DNA of 64,000 nt from NCBI GenBank assembly GCA_965232515.1, contig CBDDPY010000002.1, forward strand, positions 2,720,001-2,784,000, read 5' to 3'. The notes below the pieces were generated by a model. It made no database searches. It saw nothing but the letters and a program-made list of their open reading frames with translations, and was not told the DNA's origin. Numbering within the stretch: the first letter of the stretch is position 1; each line of letters begins with the position of its first letter. The translations under genes and the position numbers were made by a program. This stretch comes from Alphaproteobacteria bacterium (GTDB taxonomy: Bacteria; Pseudomonadota; Alphaproteobacteria; GCA-2731375). Shown piece after piece: positions 30,867-40,272 of this stretch.

Positions 30867-31880
30867 CTAGTCCTCGCCGCCGCCCTCCTCGGGCAGCTGG
30901 GCGTGGGCCAGAAATACGCCGACCTCGCCGCTTTCGATGGCGGCGACGCGTTTGGACCAGAGATCGACCTCCCAGAGCAGCCACTTCTTCTGACGCGGCT
31001 GCAGCGGCATGCTCTGCAACGACTTGGAGAACTCCTTCAGCGTCTTTAGTACGCGCTTGGCATATTGGTCGCTGATTTCGTCGGCGGTGCGGACCTTGAA
31101 GCCGAAATAGCCCATGATGTTGCGCATCTCGATGGCCTCGATCAGATGCGGATTATCGGGCTGCATGGCGCGCCAGGCCTCGACGGCCGGGTCTTTCGGC
31201 TCGGGCGTCTTCAGCATGAAATCGACATAGAGGAACTGACCGCCCGGCTTCAGGAACTCGACCAGCCGACCGAGCAGCGGCGGTTTATTCTGAATGGTAT
31301 AGAGCGACTCGCGGGCGATGACGGCATCGAGCGACTGGGCCGGCACCTCCATCTCCATGATCGACTCGTTCACGATCTTGACCCAGGCATCGAGCCGCTC
31401 GTTCACGACGAACCCGCCGGCCGCCTCGGCGAGGCACGGATCCGGCTCGACGCAGGTCACGCGGGCGCCGGTATGGCTGCCGATCAGGCGCCCCAGCGGC
31501 GCGAGGCCGGCGCCCAGCTCCAGCACCTTCATCTGATCGGTCAGCTCCAGCCGGTCGGTGAGCGCCCGGATTTCCGAGGCAATGCCCGGCAGATGCCGGC
31601 CTTGGCCGAACATGCGCTGCACCGTCTCGATGCGCTGTGGGGTCCAGTGATCGACCTCGCCCGGCATCGGCGACTCGGGGAAATCGTCAGACGGTGGGAT
31701 ATCGGCGGCAACCGCCGCCTCGCTGGCGTCATCGGCCGCACCGCCCGGCGCCGCGCTGTCGATCAGATCGGAGACGTCGCAGCCCTCCCACCAGGCGCGA
31801 AACCTGGTGCCGAGGGAGACCTTCAATTCGGCGCCATCTTCGTCCCCAGAGCCGGGACGAAATGCCTGCAACATGCCCAT
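30867..31880 (-). CDS. Class I SAM-dependent methyltransferase-like protein with N-terminal extension
   Basis: VLELGAGL motif I, LDAVIARESLYTI, LKPGGQFL..DF; start at MGMLQ after AAGGA. Confidence 0.8.
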   Translation of the reverse strand: MGMLQAFRPGSGDEDGAELKVSLGTRFRAWWEGCDVSDLIDSAAPGGAADDASEAAVAADIPPSDDFPESPMPGEVDHWTPQRIETVQRMFGQGRHLPGIASEIRALTDRLELTDQMKVLELGAGLAPLGRLIGSHTGARVTCVEPDPCLAEAAGGFVVNERLDAWVKIVNESIMEMEVPAQSLDAVIARESLYTIQNKPPLLGRLVEFLKPGGQFLYVDFMLKTPEPKDPAVEAWRAMQPDNPHLIEAIEMRNIMGYFGFKVRTADEISDQYAKRVLKTLKEFSKSLQSMPLQPRQKKWLLWEVDLWSKRVAAIESGEVGVFLAHAQLPEEGGGED

Positions 31881-31996
31881 CGGATCCTTCTTGCCGGTTT
31901 CCGGCCAGCGCAGCAAATCCGACGCTAAAATGCAGGATAAGGCTTTAAGCCCAGGTAAATGCTTTATGCCGCGTTAAGGAAGCGCTTATACAACCC

Positions 31997-32242
31997 TCAA
32001 TGTGTGCCGGCTTCGGGCAGCGAGTCGACCTGGGCCATCAATTGCCGCAACAGCTCCTTCGTACGGGCCGGCCCGAAGCTGTTCGACAGAAAGCCGATGC
32101 TGGTGACGCAGAAAGCGACATGCATCAGATCGGGGCTGTAGCCGTCATCGGTGCCGCGGCGAACAATTTCTTCGAGCGCCTTCGCGGCAAATTCGTGCGT
32201 CGCGAGCATCTGCTCTTCCGGTGTCTGGGTATCGTCGGTCAT
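31997..32242 (-). CDS. Small hypothetical protein
   Basis: MTDDTQTPEEQMLATHEF.. natural composition; RBS GGGG upstream; tail of a spurious 636-aa ORF. Confidence 0.6.
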   Translation of the reverse strand: MTDDTQTPEEQMLATHEFAAKALEEIVRRGTDDGYSPDLMHVAFCVTSIGFLSNSFGPARTKELLRQLMAQVDSLPEAGTH

Positions 32243-32334
32243 GTCGTCGCCCCGTCTCGCCGGTCGATACGTAACCGGCCCCGCATGGCTCGCACATTGC
32301 GGGCCGCGCCACAAGCGCGGGCAGGGTTCGCGCG

Positions 32335-33852
32335 TCAGGAATCCCGCCGCGGCAGCCGGGCCAACCAGATGAACGGCAGGGCAATGACGCCGGTAATCGC
32401 GAAGGCGTAGAAGGCGTTGACGTAGCCGATCATCGCCGCCTGCCGCTCGATCTCGCCGCTGAGCACGGCGAGCCCGGCCGCGCCGTCGGCCGACCACAGC
32501 CCGCTGACCCAGGGCATCGAAAGCAATTCGTTGAACGGCGAGACATGCTCGGTCATGCCGGCGTAGGTCGTCTTTGTCGAACGGATCACCAGCGCCACCG
32601 AAAGCGATATGAAGATGCTGCTGCCGATGTTGCGCAGCAGGTGGAAGACGGCCGTGCCTTCCGGCACGAACCGTGGATTGAGCGTCGCGAAGGCGATAAT
32701 GGTGAGCGGCACCCAGGTCATGCCGACGCCGAAGCCCTGCAGCATGCTGGTCCAGGCCACGCCCCAGGTCGTGAGGTTGATGTCGAAGCCCGCCATGGCA
32801 AACCCGGAGGCCGCCTGCGCACCGAAACCGATCGCCAAGGCCAGGCGCGGCGACATCCGGGTCAGCGGGATGACGACCAGGAAGCTCAACATGTTGCCGA
32901 GGCCGCGGGTCGCCAGCAGCAGGCCGATCACCGAATCGGGGTAGCCCCGCAATTCCTGCAGCAAGGCCGGGAACAGCACCATCGGCGTGAAGTTCAGCAT
33001 CCCGAACAGCAGCACCAGGAACAGGCCGACCGCGAAGTTCCTGTCCGCCAGCAGCCGTGGGCTGAGGAACGGCTGCGCCGCGGTCAGGCTGTGCACCACG
33101 AACAGATAGAAGGCGGCCAGCGCGACGCCGGCGCCGATGACGATCTCGCCCGACTCGAACCAGTCGAGGCGCTCGCCTCGGTCGAGCATGATCTGAAAGG
33201 CGGCGATCGCCACCGACAGCGTCAGAAAACCGGTCCAGTCGAGGCGCACCGGATCGATCCGCCGGCGGTCGGTGATGAACAGCCAGACGCCCATCAACGC
33301 GATGACGCCGAACGGCACGATCATGAAGAAGACCCAGCGCCAGTTCTGCAGCTCCGCGACATAGCCGCCCAGCGTCGGGCCGATGATCGGTCCGACGACG
33401 ACGCCCATGCCCCAGACGGCGGTGGCAACGCTGTGCTGACGCTTCGGAAAGGTGTCGAGAATGATCGCCTGCGACAGCGGTACCAGCGGCGCGCCGAAGG
33501 CGCCCTGGGCGACGCGGTAGATCACGAGCTGCTCCAGCGAGTCCGCCAGGCCGCACAGGATCGAGGCCAGCGTGAAGCCCAGCACCGCGTAGAACATCAG
33601 GTTGAAGCGGCCGAACCGCCCGGCCGCCCAGCCGGTCAAGGGCGTCGCCACGGCGGTGGCGACGATGTTGAAGGTCACGACCCAGGCGATCTCTTCCTGC
33701 GTGACCGACAGCGCGCCCCGCATCTGCGGCAGCACCACATTGGCGATGGTGATGGTCATCGCATAGAGCAGCGTGCACAGCGACACTGTGGCCAGCACCA
33801 GGGCCCGGCCCAGCCCGGTCGTCGTTTCGGCTGTCGTTTCGGTTATGGACAT
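32335..33852 (-). CDS. DHA2 family MFS efflux permease (EmrB/QacA-like)
   Basis: 14-TM pattern, TIANVVLP, RVAQGAFGAPLVPLSQ, GPIIGPTLGG, LDRGERLDWFES, RNIGSS. Confidence 0.92.
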   Translation of the reverse strand: MSITETTAETTTGLGRALVLATVSLCTLLYAMTITIANVVLPQMRGALSVTQEEIAWVVTFNIVATAVATPLTGWAAGRFGRFNLMFYAVLGFTLASILCGLADSLEQLVIYRVAQGAFGAPLVPLSQAIILDTFPKRQHSVATAVWGMGVVVGPIIGPTLGGYVAELQNWRWVFFMIVPFGVIALMGVWLFITDRRRIDPVRLDWTGFLTLSVAIAAFQIMLDRGERLDWFESGEIVIGAGVALAAFYLFVVHSLTAAQPFLSPRLLADRNFAVGLFLVLLFGMLNFTPMVLFPALLQELRGYPDSVIGLLLATRGLGNMLSFLVVIPLTRMSPRLALAIGFGAQAASGFAMAGFDINLTTWGVAWTSMLQGFGVGMTWVPLTIIAFATLNPRFVPEGTAVFHLLRNIGSSIFISLSVALVIRSTKTTYAGMTEHVSPFNELLSMPWVSGLWSADGAAGLAVLSGEIERQAAMIGYVNAFYAFAITGVIALPFIWLARLPRRDS

Positions 33853-33965
33853 CGGTCAGGTTCTGGCCGGCGCACCGGTGATCGTGGCGCCGTCGACCAT
33901 GGTACACGGTCGGGACCGTGCCGCGGCCGGTGAAGTGCCGGATCTGCGCGACCCAGCCGCCTGCT

Positions 33966-34547
33966 TCAGCCGCCGAATCGAATCAGATGGCGCATCGCGG
34001 CCACGACGTATTTGTTGAACTCCATGGCGGTGACGCGCGACATCACGGCCCGGCGTTGTCCCGGTGGCACGTAGCGCGAGAGCGGCCACGGCAGGATGAC
34101 GATGTTCTCGAGCCGGGCCGACAGCTCGACCTCGGCACGGGGCAGATGTACGTCGTCGGTGACCAGCCAGATGCGGCGGCAACCCGTTCGCAGCGCCCAG
34201 GCCGCTGTTTCGATGCCGTTCTGCTCGGTGCTGCGGGCCTCGTCGCTGATTTCGACGCAGCAACCAAACACTTCCGGCAGCTCCAACCGCAGGCCGTCGA
34301 TGTAACCCGGGTCGGTGCCATGCTTGGCGCCGGAGACGAACATTCGGGCGGGGCCGCCGGCGGTCAGCAACAGGGCACCGGCCCGCACACGTTCGTTGCG
34401 GCCGGTGAAGACCGCGACGCAGTCGCCCTCGTCCGCCGGCAGCTGCACGGCTTCGGCCGGAACGCTGCCGAGAAACCAAAGATAGCCCACCGACCAGATG
34501 CCGGTGGCGGCCAAAAGCATCGCGAAGCCGACGATCACAATCCGCAT
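33966..34547 (-). CDS. YdcF/DUF218 family protein
   Basis: N-terminal TM, VFTGRNERV, ARSTEQNG.ET, LVTDDVHLPRA, EFNKY. Confidence 0.8.
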   Translation of the reverse strand: MRIVIVGFAMLLAATGIWSVGYLWFLGSVPAEAVQLPADEGDCVAVFTGRNERVRAGALLLTAGGPARMFVSGAKHGTDPGYIDGLRLELPEVFGCCVEISDEARSTEQNGIETAAWALRTGCRRIWLVTDDVHLPRAEVELSARLENIVILPWPLSRYVPPGQRRAVMSRVTAMEFNKYVVAAMRHLIRFGG

Positions 34548-34626
34548 GGACGCCAAACTAGGTATCGTGCGGCACGAGCGCAATCGTCTACACTCGTCGG
34601 AAAGGAGGTCCGCTGGGGAAACTGCC

Positions 34627-35418
34627 ATGCTGCGCGTGGGCGTCATCGGCCATGGCGCGATCGGTCGCGATTTCGTGACCGCGATTGCCGAGGGAAAAGC
34701 CGGCAACTGCGTTTGCCCGGCCGTGCTGGTTCGGCGGCGTTCGACCGACGCGCCGTTCGCGCTGACCGTGCATGTGGACGAGTTCCTCAGTCACGGCCTT
34801 GACCTTGTCGTCGAATGCGCGGGCCACAACGCGGTCGTCGAGCATGGCGAGACGGTGCTGATGGCGGGCGCCGATCTGATGGTGACGTCGATCGGCGCGC
34901 TGGTGGACGATGACTTGCGCGAACGCCTGTTGAAGACGGCCGCCGATGGGGGACGCCGGCTCATCTTACCGGCCGCCGGCATCGGCGCGCTCGACATGCT
35001 GTCGGCCGCGGCCGTCGGCGATCTCGACCATGTCGCCATCACCGTGCGCAAGGACCCCTCGGCCTGGTTCGGCACGCCGGCGGAACGGCAATGCGACCTG
35101 GCGTCGCTGAGCGAGCCGTTGACGATCTACGAGGGACCGGTACGGGAGGGCGCCCGGCTCTACCCGGCGAACGTCAATATTTCGGCGGCGGCGGCGCTGG
35201 CGAGCGTCGGCCTCGACCGGGCGCAGCTGCGGATCGTCGCCGACCCCGGCATCGAGACGCATGTGGTCGAGATCGAGGCTTCCGGCGAGTTCGGCAGTCT
35301 GCATTTCGTCGAGGACGTCGCCGTCTCGGCGGCCAACCGGAAGACCGGCAAGATCGTAAGCATGGCGCTGGTCAAGGCCTTGCGGCAGATGACCTCGACG
35401 CTGGTCGTCGGCGTCTAG
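34627..35418 (+). CDS. Aspartate dehydrogenase-like (NadX/DUF108) protein
   Basis: GHGAIG, VVECAGH, SIGALVD, GIGALD, RKDP, YPANVNISA, H..E..G.FG. Confidence 0.85.
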   Translation: MLRVGVIGHGAIGRDFVTAIAEGKAGNCVCPAVLVRRRSTDAPFALTVHVDEFLSHGLDLVVECAGHNAVVEHGETVLMAGADLMVTSIGALVDDDLRERLLKTAADGGRRLILPAAGIGALDMLSAAAVGDLDHVAITVRKDPSAWFGTPAERQCDLASLSEPLTIYEGPVREGARLYPANVNISAAAALASVGLDRAQLRIVADPGIETHVVEIEASGEFGSLHFVEDVAVSAANRKTGKIVSMALVKALRQMTSTLVVGV

Positions 35419-35469
35419 ACCGCAGTTTCCGACCGGCAACAGTTTCCACACATCATCGGGAGGCATCGT

Positions 35470-36465
35470 ATGGCGCGGCTTGGCATTGGGTTTTCCGGCG
35501 GTCTCAAGGCATCGGAGATCGTCGATTGCGTGCGGCTGGCCGAGTCGCTGGGCTATGAGTCGGCCTGGGTGGCGGAAGGTCATGGCGGCGATCAGTTCGC
35601 GGTGCTCGCCGGCTGCGCCATGCAGACATCGACCATCGGACTCGGCACGGCCATCACCAGCCTGTTCGTGCGCTCGATCCCGACCATCGCCATGGCGGCG
35701 GCGACGGTCGATGAATTGTCGGACGGCCGCTTCACACTGGGCATCGGATCGAGCCACAAGGTGCAGGTCGAGCCCGAACATGGCGTCGAATACGGCAAGC
35801 CGCTCGCCCGCGTGCGCGACGCCGTCGCGATCGTCCGCACGCTGCTGCGCGAAGGACAGGTCCAATACGACGGCGAAACGGTGCAGATCGAGAACTTCGA
35901 TCTCTGGTTCATGCCGCGGCGCAGCGAGATCCCGATCTATGTCGCGGCGCTGTTTCCGAAGATGCTCGGTGTCTGTGGCGAGCTCGCGGACGGCGTCATC
36001 CTGACCCGCAGCACGTTACGGACCGGCGCCGAGGCGATGGCGCATCTCGCCGACGGCGCCCGACAGGCCGGCCGCGACGCCAACGCGATCGACGTGACGT
36101 CGCTGCTGCCGACGGCGGTCGCCGAAACGCGGGCCGAAGCCCTCGACGTGATGCGGCCCGGCCTCGCCTTCTATGCCGGATTCTTTCCGCGCTACAACCG
36201 GCTGATCGCCTCGCACGGGTTCGAGGACGAGGCCGCGGCCATTGCCGAGGCCTGGGCGGACGACGATCGGGCGGCGGCGATCGCCGCCGTCAGCGACGAG
36301 ATGATCGACGCCACCAGCATCGCCGGCACGGCGGAACACTGTCGCGAGCGGATCGAGGCCTATCGCCAGTCCGGTATCGATCTGCCGATCATCAGCCCGT
36401 TCTGGCAGGGCAACCACCCGAAAGCCGATTTCGAAGCCGTCATTCGTGCCTGCGCGCCGGGCTGA
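35470..36465 (+). CDS. LLM class flavin/F420-dependent oxidoreductase
   Basis: AESLGYESAWVAE, LGTAI, ATVDELSDGRFTLGIG, PIYVAAL.PKML..GELADG. Confidence 0.88.
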   Translation: MARLGIGFSGGLKASEIVDCVRLAESLGYESAWVAEGHGGDQFAVLAGCAMQTSTIGLGTAITSLFVRSIPTIAMAAATVDELSDGRFTLGIGSSHKVQVEPEHGVEYGKPLARVRDAVAIVRTLLREGQVQYDGETVQIENFDLWFMPRRSEIPIYVAALFPKMLGVCGELADGVILTRSTLRTGAEAMAHLADGARQAGRDANAIDVTSLLPTAVAETRAEALDVMRPGLAFYAGFFPRYNRLIASHGFEDEAAAIAEAWADDDRAAAIAAVSDEMIDATSIAGTAEHCRERIEAYRQSGIDLPIISPFWQGNHPKADFEAVIRACAPG

Positions 36466-36474
36466 CGGACGGGA

Positions 36475-38103
36475 TCAATCATCGTCGGTCGGCGCGCCCC
36501 AGCCCCCGCCGGCGGCGGTTTCCAGCCACAGTTCGTCGCCTTTGTTGAGGATGGCCGCCGGCGTTTTCGACGACAGCACTTCCTCGCGGCCGTCGGCGCG
36601 GCGGACGGCATAGCGGGATGGCCGGCCCGAGCCGCCGCCGGCGATGCCGGGCGCCGGCCGGAAACTGCGTTCGCTGAGCAGCGAAAACTCGATGCCGTCG
36701 ATCAGCGCCCGCATCACGCGGCGCGAGCCCATGCCGCCGGCGTGCCGGCCGGCGCCGCCGGAATGGTCTATGAGCGCGTATTCGCGGATCTCGACCGGGA
36801 GCGCGTTCTCCAGCGCCTCGACCGGCAGGTTCATGGTGTTGCCCATGTGCACGCGGAAGCCGCCGAGGCCCGGCCCCGCGGCCGACGCGCCCATGCCGCC
36901 GCCGATGGTCTCGTAGTTGACGAAGGGCCGGCCGCGCAAGCTGTCGAACCCACCGATGGTCAACACGTTCGCCGAGCCGCAGGTGCCGGCGACGGCACAT
37001 TCGGGCACGGCGGCGGCCAGGGCCTGGAACAGCAGATCGACGAGGCGGGTCGAGGTCTCGGTATTGGCGGAGACCACGGGCGACGGATAGGTCGCGTTTA
37101 CCAGCGTGCCGGGCGGCGCGATCAGGCGCAGTGGCCGGTAGGCGCCCGAGTTCGGCGGCACCTCGCCGCCGGCGAGCGTCAGCAGCGTGTAGTAGCAGGC
37201 CGACGCCGTCACCGCGAGCGGGGCGTTGGCCGGCCCGCGCACCGCGGGCGCCGTGCCGGTGAAGTCGCACGTCATGGCGGCGTCGCGCTTTTCAACCGCG
37301 ACCCGCACCAGGAATTCGTCGCCCGAACGGCAATCGCTGTAGCCGTCGCCGTCGATGTGGTCCTCGGCCCGATAGACGCCGTCGGGGATCTCGCGCAGGG
37401 CCGCTTCGACCTGAAGCTGACTGTAGGCTTGAGATTCGCGGAAGGCCTGGATCACGACATCGGCGCCATAGCGGGCCGCGAGCCCGCCGACCCGCTCGGC
37501 GCCGCGCAGATTGCAGGCGTATTGCGCCTTGAAGTCGCCCATGCGATCGTCCGGCACCCGCACGTTGGCGAGCAGCAGATCCAGCACGCCGTCGTCGAAC
37601 CGGCCGCCGTGCACGACCTTGACCGGCGGCACGCGGATGCCCTCTTTCAGGGCGTGATCGGTAACGGACGAGCTGCCGGCGGCGATCCCGCCGATATCGG
37701 GCCAATGCACCCGGCTGGCGGAGAAGCCGAGCAAGGTATCGCCGTCGAAGATCGCCGACATCAGGGTCATGTCGGGCAGATGGTTGCCGCCGAGATAGGG
37801 ATCGTTGGTGAGCACGGCGTCGCCCGGCCGCCAGCGCTCGGCCGGGAACACCGACAGCACACCGCGGCCGGTGAACGGCATGCTGCCGAGATGCACGGGA
37901 ATGTCGTTGCCCTGGGCCACGACCTCGCCGTCCCGGTCCAGGAGCGCGCAGGACAGGTCGGACGACAGGCTGAGCAGCGGCGAGAAGGCGGCGCGGGTCA
38001 TCACGCTCTTCATCTCCTCGCAGATTGCATAGAGGCCGCCGCGGATGACCTCGAAGGTCACGGGATCGCTGTGACGCAGCATGTTGTCGCCAGACCGGTT
38101 CAT
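36475..38103 (-). CDS. Hydantoinase B / oxoprolinase family subunit
   Basis: DPVTFEVI, PVHLGSM, NDPYLGGNHLPD, HWPDIGG, NVRVP, ETIGGGMGA, SGGAGRHAGG, GGGWG. Confidence 0.92.
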   Translation of the reverse strand: MNRSGDNMLRHSDPVTFEVIRGGLYAICEEMKSVMTRAAFSPLLSLSSDLSCALLDRDGEVVAQGNDIPVHLGSMPFTGRGVLSVFPAERWRPGDAVLTNDPYLGGNHLPDMTLMSAIFDGDTLLGFSASRVHWPDIGGIAAGSSSVTDHALKEGIRVPPVKVVHGGRFDDGVLDLLLANVRVPDDRMGDFKAQYACNLRGAERVGGLAARYGADVVIQAFRESQAYSQLQVEAALREIPDGVYRAEDHIDGDGYSDCRSGDEFLVRVAVEKRDAAMTCDFTGTAPAVRGPANAPLAVTASACYYTLLTLAGGEVPPNSGAYRPLRLIAPPGTLVNATYPSPVVSANTETSTRLVDLLFQALAAAVPECAVAGTCGSANVLTIGGFDSLRGRPFVNYETIGGGMGASAAGPGLGGFRVHMGNTMNLPVEALENALPVEIREYALIDHSGGAGRHAGGMGSRRVMRALIDGIEFSLLSERSFRPAPGIAGGGSGRPSRYAVRRADGREEVLSSKTPAAILNKGDELWLETAAGGGWGAPTDDD

Positions 38104-38107
38104 CGGC

Positions 38108-40165
38108 TCAACCCTCCGCATCAACGATTTGCAGGACGCCAGACGGCAGCGCCTTAACCCGCTGGCCGGCCAGCACGCGGACCGTGGTGCTGTCATCGTG
38201 CACGAGCATCGGGCCATCGACGGGTTCGTCGGGTGGAATTGTGCCGCGTGGCCAGACCGGCAGCTCGGTCGCCCTACCAGCGGCATCGACCACCCGGCGT
38301 GTCGTGGTAGTCGCATCGGTCGGCGCGGCGGCGGCCGGCAGGCCGTGCGGCCAGAGCGGCAGGCTCGCCGACAGACGGGCGTTGACGACCTCGACGCCGA
38401 CCGCCGGCAGGTCGTAGCCGTAGGTGTGCCGGTAGAGGTCCCGGAACGCGCGCTCGATCGCCGCCATGTCGTCCGCGTCATCGGTCAGGGGCAGGTTGAG
38501 CTCGAAGAGCTGGCCCTTGAAACGCAGGTCGAGCGAACGCGTGAGGCGCGGCGTGGCGCCGGCGGTCAATTCGGCCTCGGCCGCGACGGCGTCATCCGCC
38601 CTTATCCGCAACGCGGCGAAGGCATCCGGGATCGCCTTCGGATCGATATCGGCAAGGTCGCGCATTACGGTCTGCACCAGGTCGTGCCGGATGCCGCCCA
38701 GCAGCGTGCCGGTGGCGCTGAACAGACCGGGATAAGGCGGCACCAACACGGTCGCGACGCCGACCTCGCGGGCGATCTCGGCGGCATGCAGCGGCCCGGC
38801 GCCGCCATAGGCCAGCAGCGCGAAGTCGCGCGGGTCGAGGCCGCGGCGCAATGTCGCCAGGCGCACCATCTCGGCCATGTTGGCGGTGGCGAGCCGCAGG
38901 ATCGCGTGCGCCGCCCGCTCGACCCGCCAGCCCAGCGGTGCGGCGATGTCGCGCTCGATGGCCTCGCGGGCTAGATCGACGTCGAGCGTCAGACCGTCGC
39001 CGCCGAAGGATTCAGCGGCCAGCGTGCCGGCGACGAGATGCGCATCGGTGACGGTCGGCCGTTCGCCGCCACGGCCGTAGCAGGCCGGACCGGGATCGGC
39101 GCCGGCGCTTTCCGGCCCGACCTTGATCACGCCGGCCTGGTCGAGCCGGGCGATGCTGCCGCCGCCGGCGCCGATCTCGATCATGTCGATCACCGGGCTC
39201 TTGATCGGATAGCCGCCGTGGTCGCGGCCCTCGACGAAGCGGTCGGCCGCGAACTCGGTCGTCAGGCGCGGCGCGCCGTCCTGGATGACGCCGACCTTGG
39301 CCGTCGTACCGCCCATGTCGAAGGCGATCAGGTTGCCGATGCCCTCGTCGCCAGCGAGCGCGACGGCCGCCATGATGCCGGCGGCCGGCCCCGACTCGAT
39401 CAGGTGCACGGGATAGCGCATGGCGTTCGCCGCCGAGGTGACGCCGCCGTTCGACTTGACGATGGCGAGCGGTCCGGTCTCGCGCGCTGTCAGACGGTTT
39501 TGCAGGTCGGCGACATAGCCGCCGACGACAGGGCCGAGATAGGCGTTCACGACCGTGGTGCTGACGCGCTCGAACTCGCGGAACTCGCGGCAGACCTCGC
39601 TGCCGAGCGTCACGTAGATGCCGGGCAGCCGGTCGGCGATGGCCGCGGCGACCGCCCGTTCGTGCGCGTCGTTGGCGTAGGCGTGCAGCAGGTCGACGGC
39701 GACCGCCTCGACATCCGCCGCGGCCAGGGCCTCGACCACGCCATGCAGGCTCTCTTTATCCAGCGGCGTGAGCACGGCGCCGTCGTAGGCCATGCGCTCG
39801 TCTACCTCGAAGCGGCGCTCGCGTGGCGCCAGCGGCGGCGAAACGACGAGCCGCAGGTCATAGAGCCGCGGCCGCGCCTGACGGCGCAGCTCCAGCACGT
39901 CGCGAAAGCCGGTCGTGGTGACGAGCGCCATTCGCGCGCCGCGCTTCTGGATCAGCGCGTTGGTGCCGACGGTCGTGCCGTGAAAGACCCGCGCCGGCGG
40001 CGCGCCGCTCAGACGGTCGAGGCCCGTAAGGATGGCCACGGCCGGGTTGTTGGGTGTTGACGGCAGCTTGAACGCCTCGCGCACCTGGCCGTTCGCCGGG
40101 TCCACGACGTAGATGTCGGTGAAGGTGCCGCCGACGTCGACACCGATGTAGGGCGCGCTGACCAT
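38108..40165 (-). CDS. Hydantoinase A / oxoprolinase family subunit
   Basis: GVDVGGTFTD, HGTTVGTNA, ESGPAAG, DMGGTT, IGAGGGSIA, GPESAGADPGPACY, GGAGPLH. Confidence 0.93.
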   Translation of the reverse strand: MVSAPYIGVDVGGTFTDIYVVDPANGQVREAFKLPSTPNNPAVAILTGLDRLSGAPPARVFHGTTVGTNALIQKRGARMALVTTTGFRDVLELRRQARPRLYDLRLVVSPPLAPRERRFEVDERMAYDGAVLTPLDKESLHGVVEALAAADVEAVAVDLLHAYANDAHERAVAAAIADRLPGIYVTLGSEVCREFREFERVSTTVVNAYLGPVVGGYVADLQNRLTARETGPLAIVKSNGGVTSAANAMRYPVHLIESGPAAGIMAAVALAGDEGIGNLIAFDMGGTTAKVGVIQDGAPRLTTEFAADRFVEGRDHGGYPIKSPVIDMIEIGAGGGSIARLDQAGVIKVGPESAGADPGPACYGRGGERPTVTDAHLVAGTLAAESFGGDGLTLDVDLAREAIERDIAAPLGWRVERAAHAILRLATANMAEMVRLATLRRGLDPRDFALLAYGGAGPLHAAEIAREVGVATVLVPPYPGLFSATGTLLGGIRHDLVQTVMRDLADIDPKAIPDAFAALRIRADDAVAAEAELTAGATPRLTRSLDLRFKGQLFELNLPLTDDADDMAAIERAFRDLYRHTYGYDLPAVGVEVVNARLSASLPLWPHGLPAAAAPTDATTTTRRVVDAAGRATELPVWPRGTIPPDEPVDGPMLVHDDSTTVRVLAGQRVKALPSGVLQIVDAEG

Positions 40166-40272
40166 CGAACCTGTCCTTTTACGCGGACCCGTAGCGCGGG
40201 TACCGGCGATGCCGGTAAAGTGTATGATGATCCAACCGATCCTCGCCAAAGCAAATCATCGAAAGCGATGCC

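Noticed and set aside
31997-33907. 636-aa ORF overlapping the MFS gene
   Set aside because: Arg/Gly/Ala-rich off-frame product of GC bias; only the last 81 codons look real.
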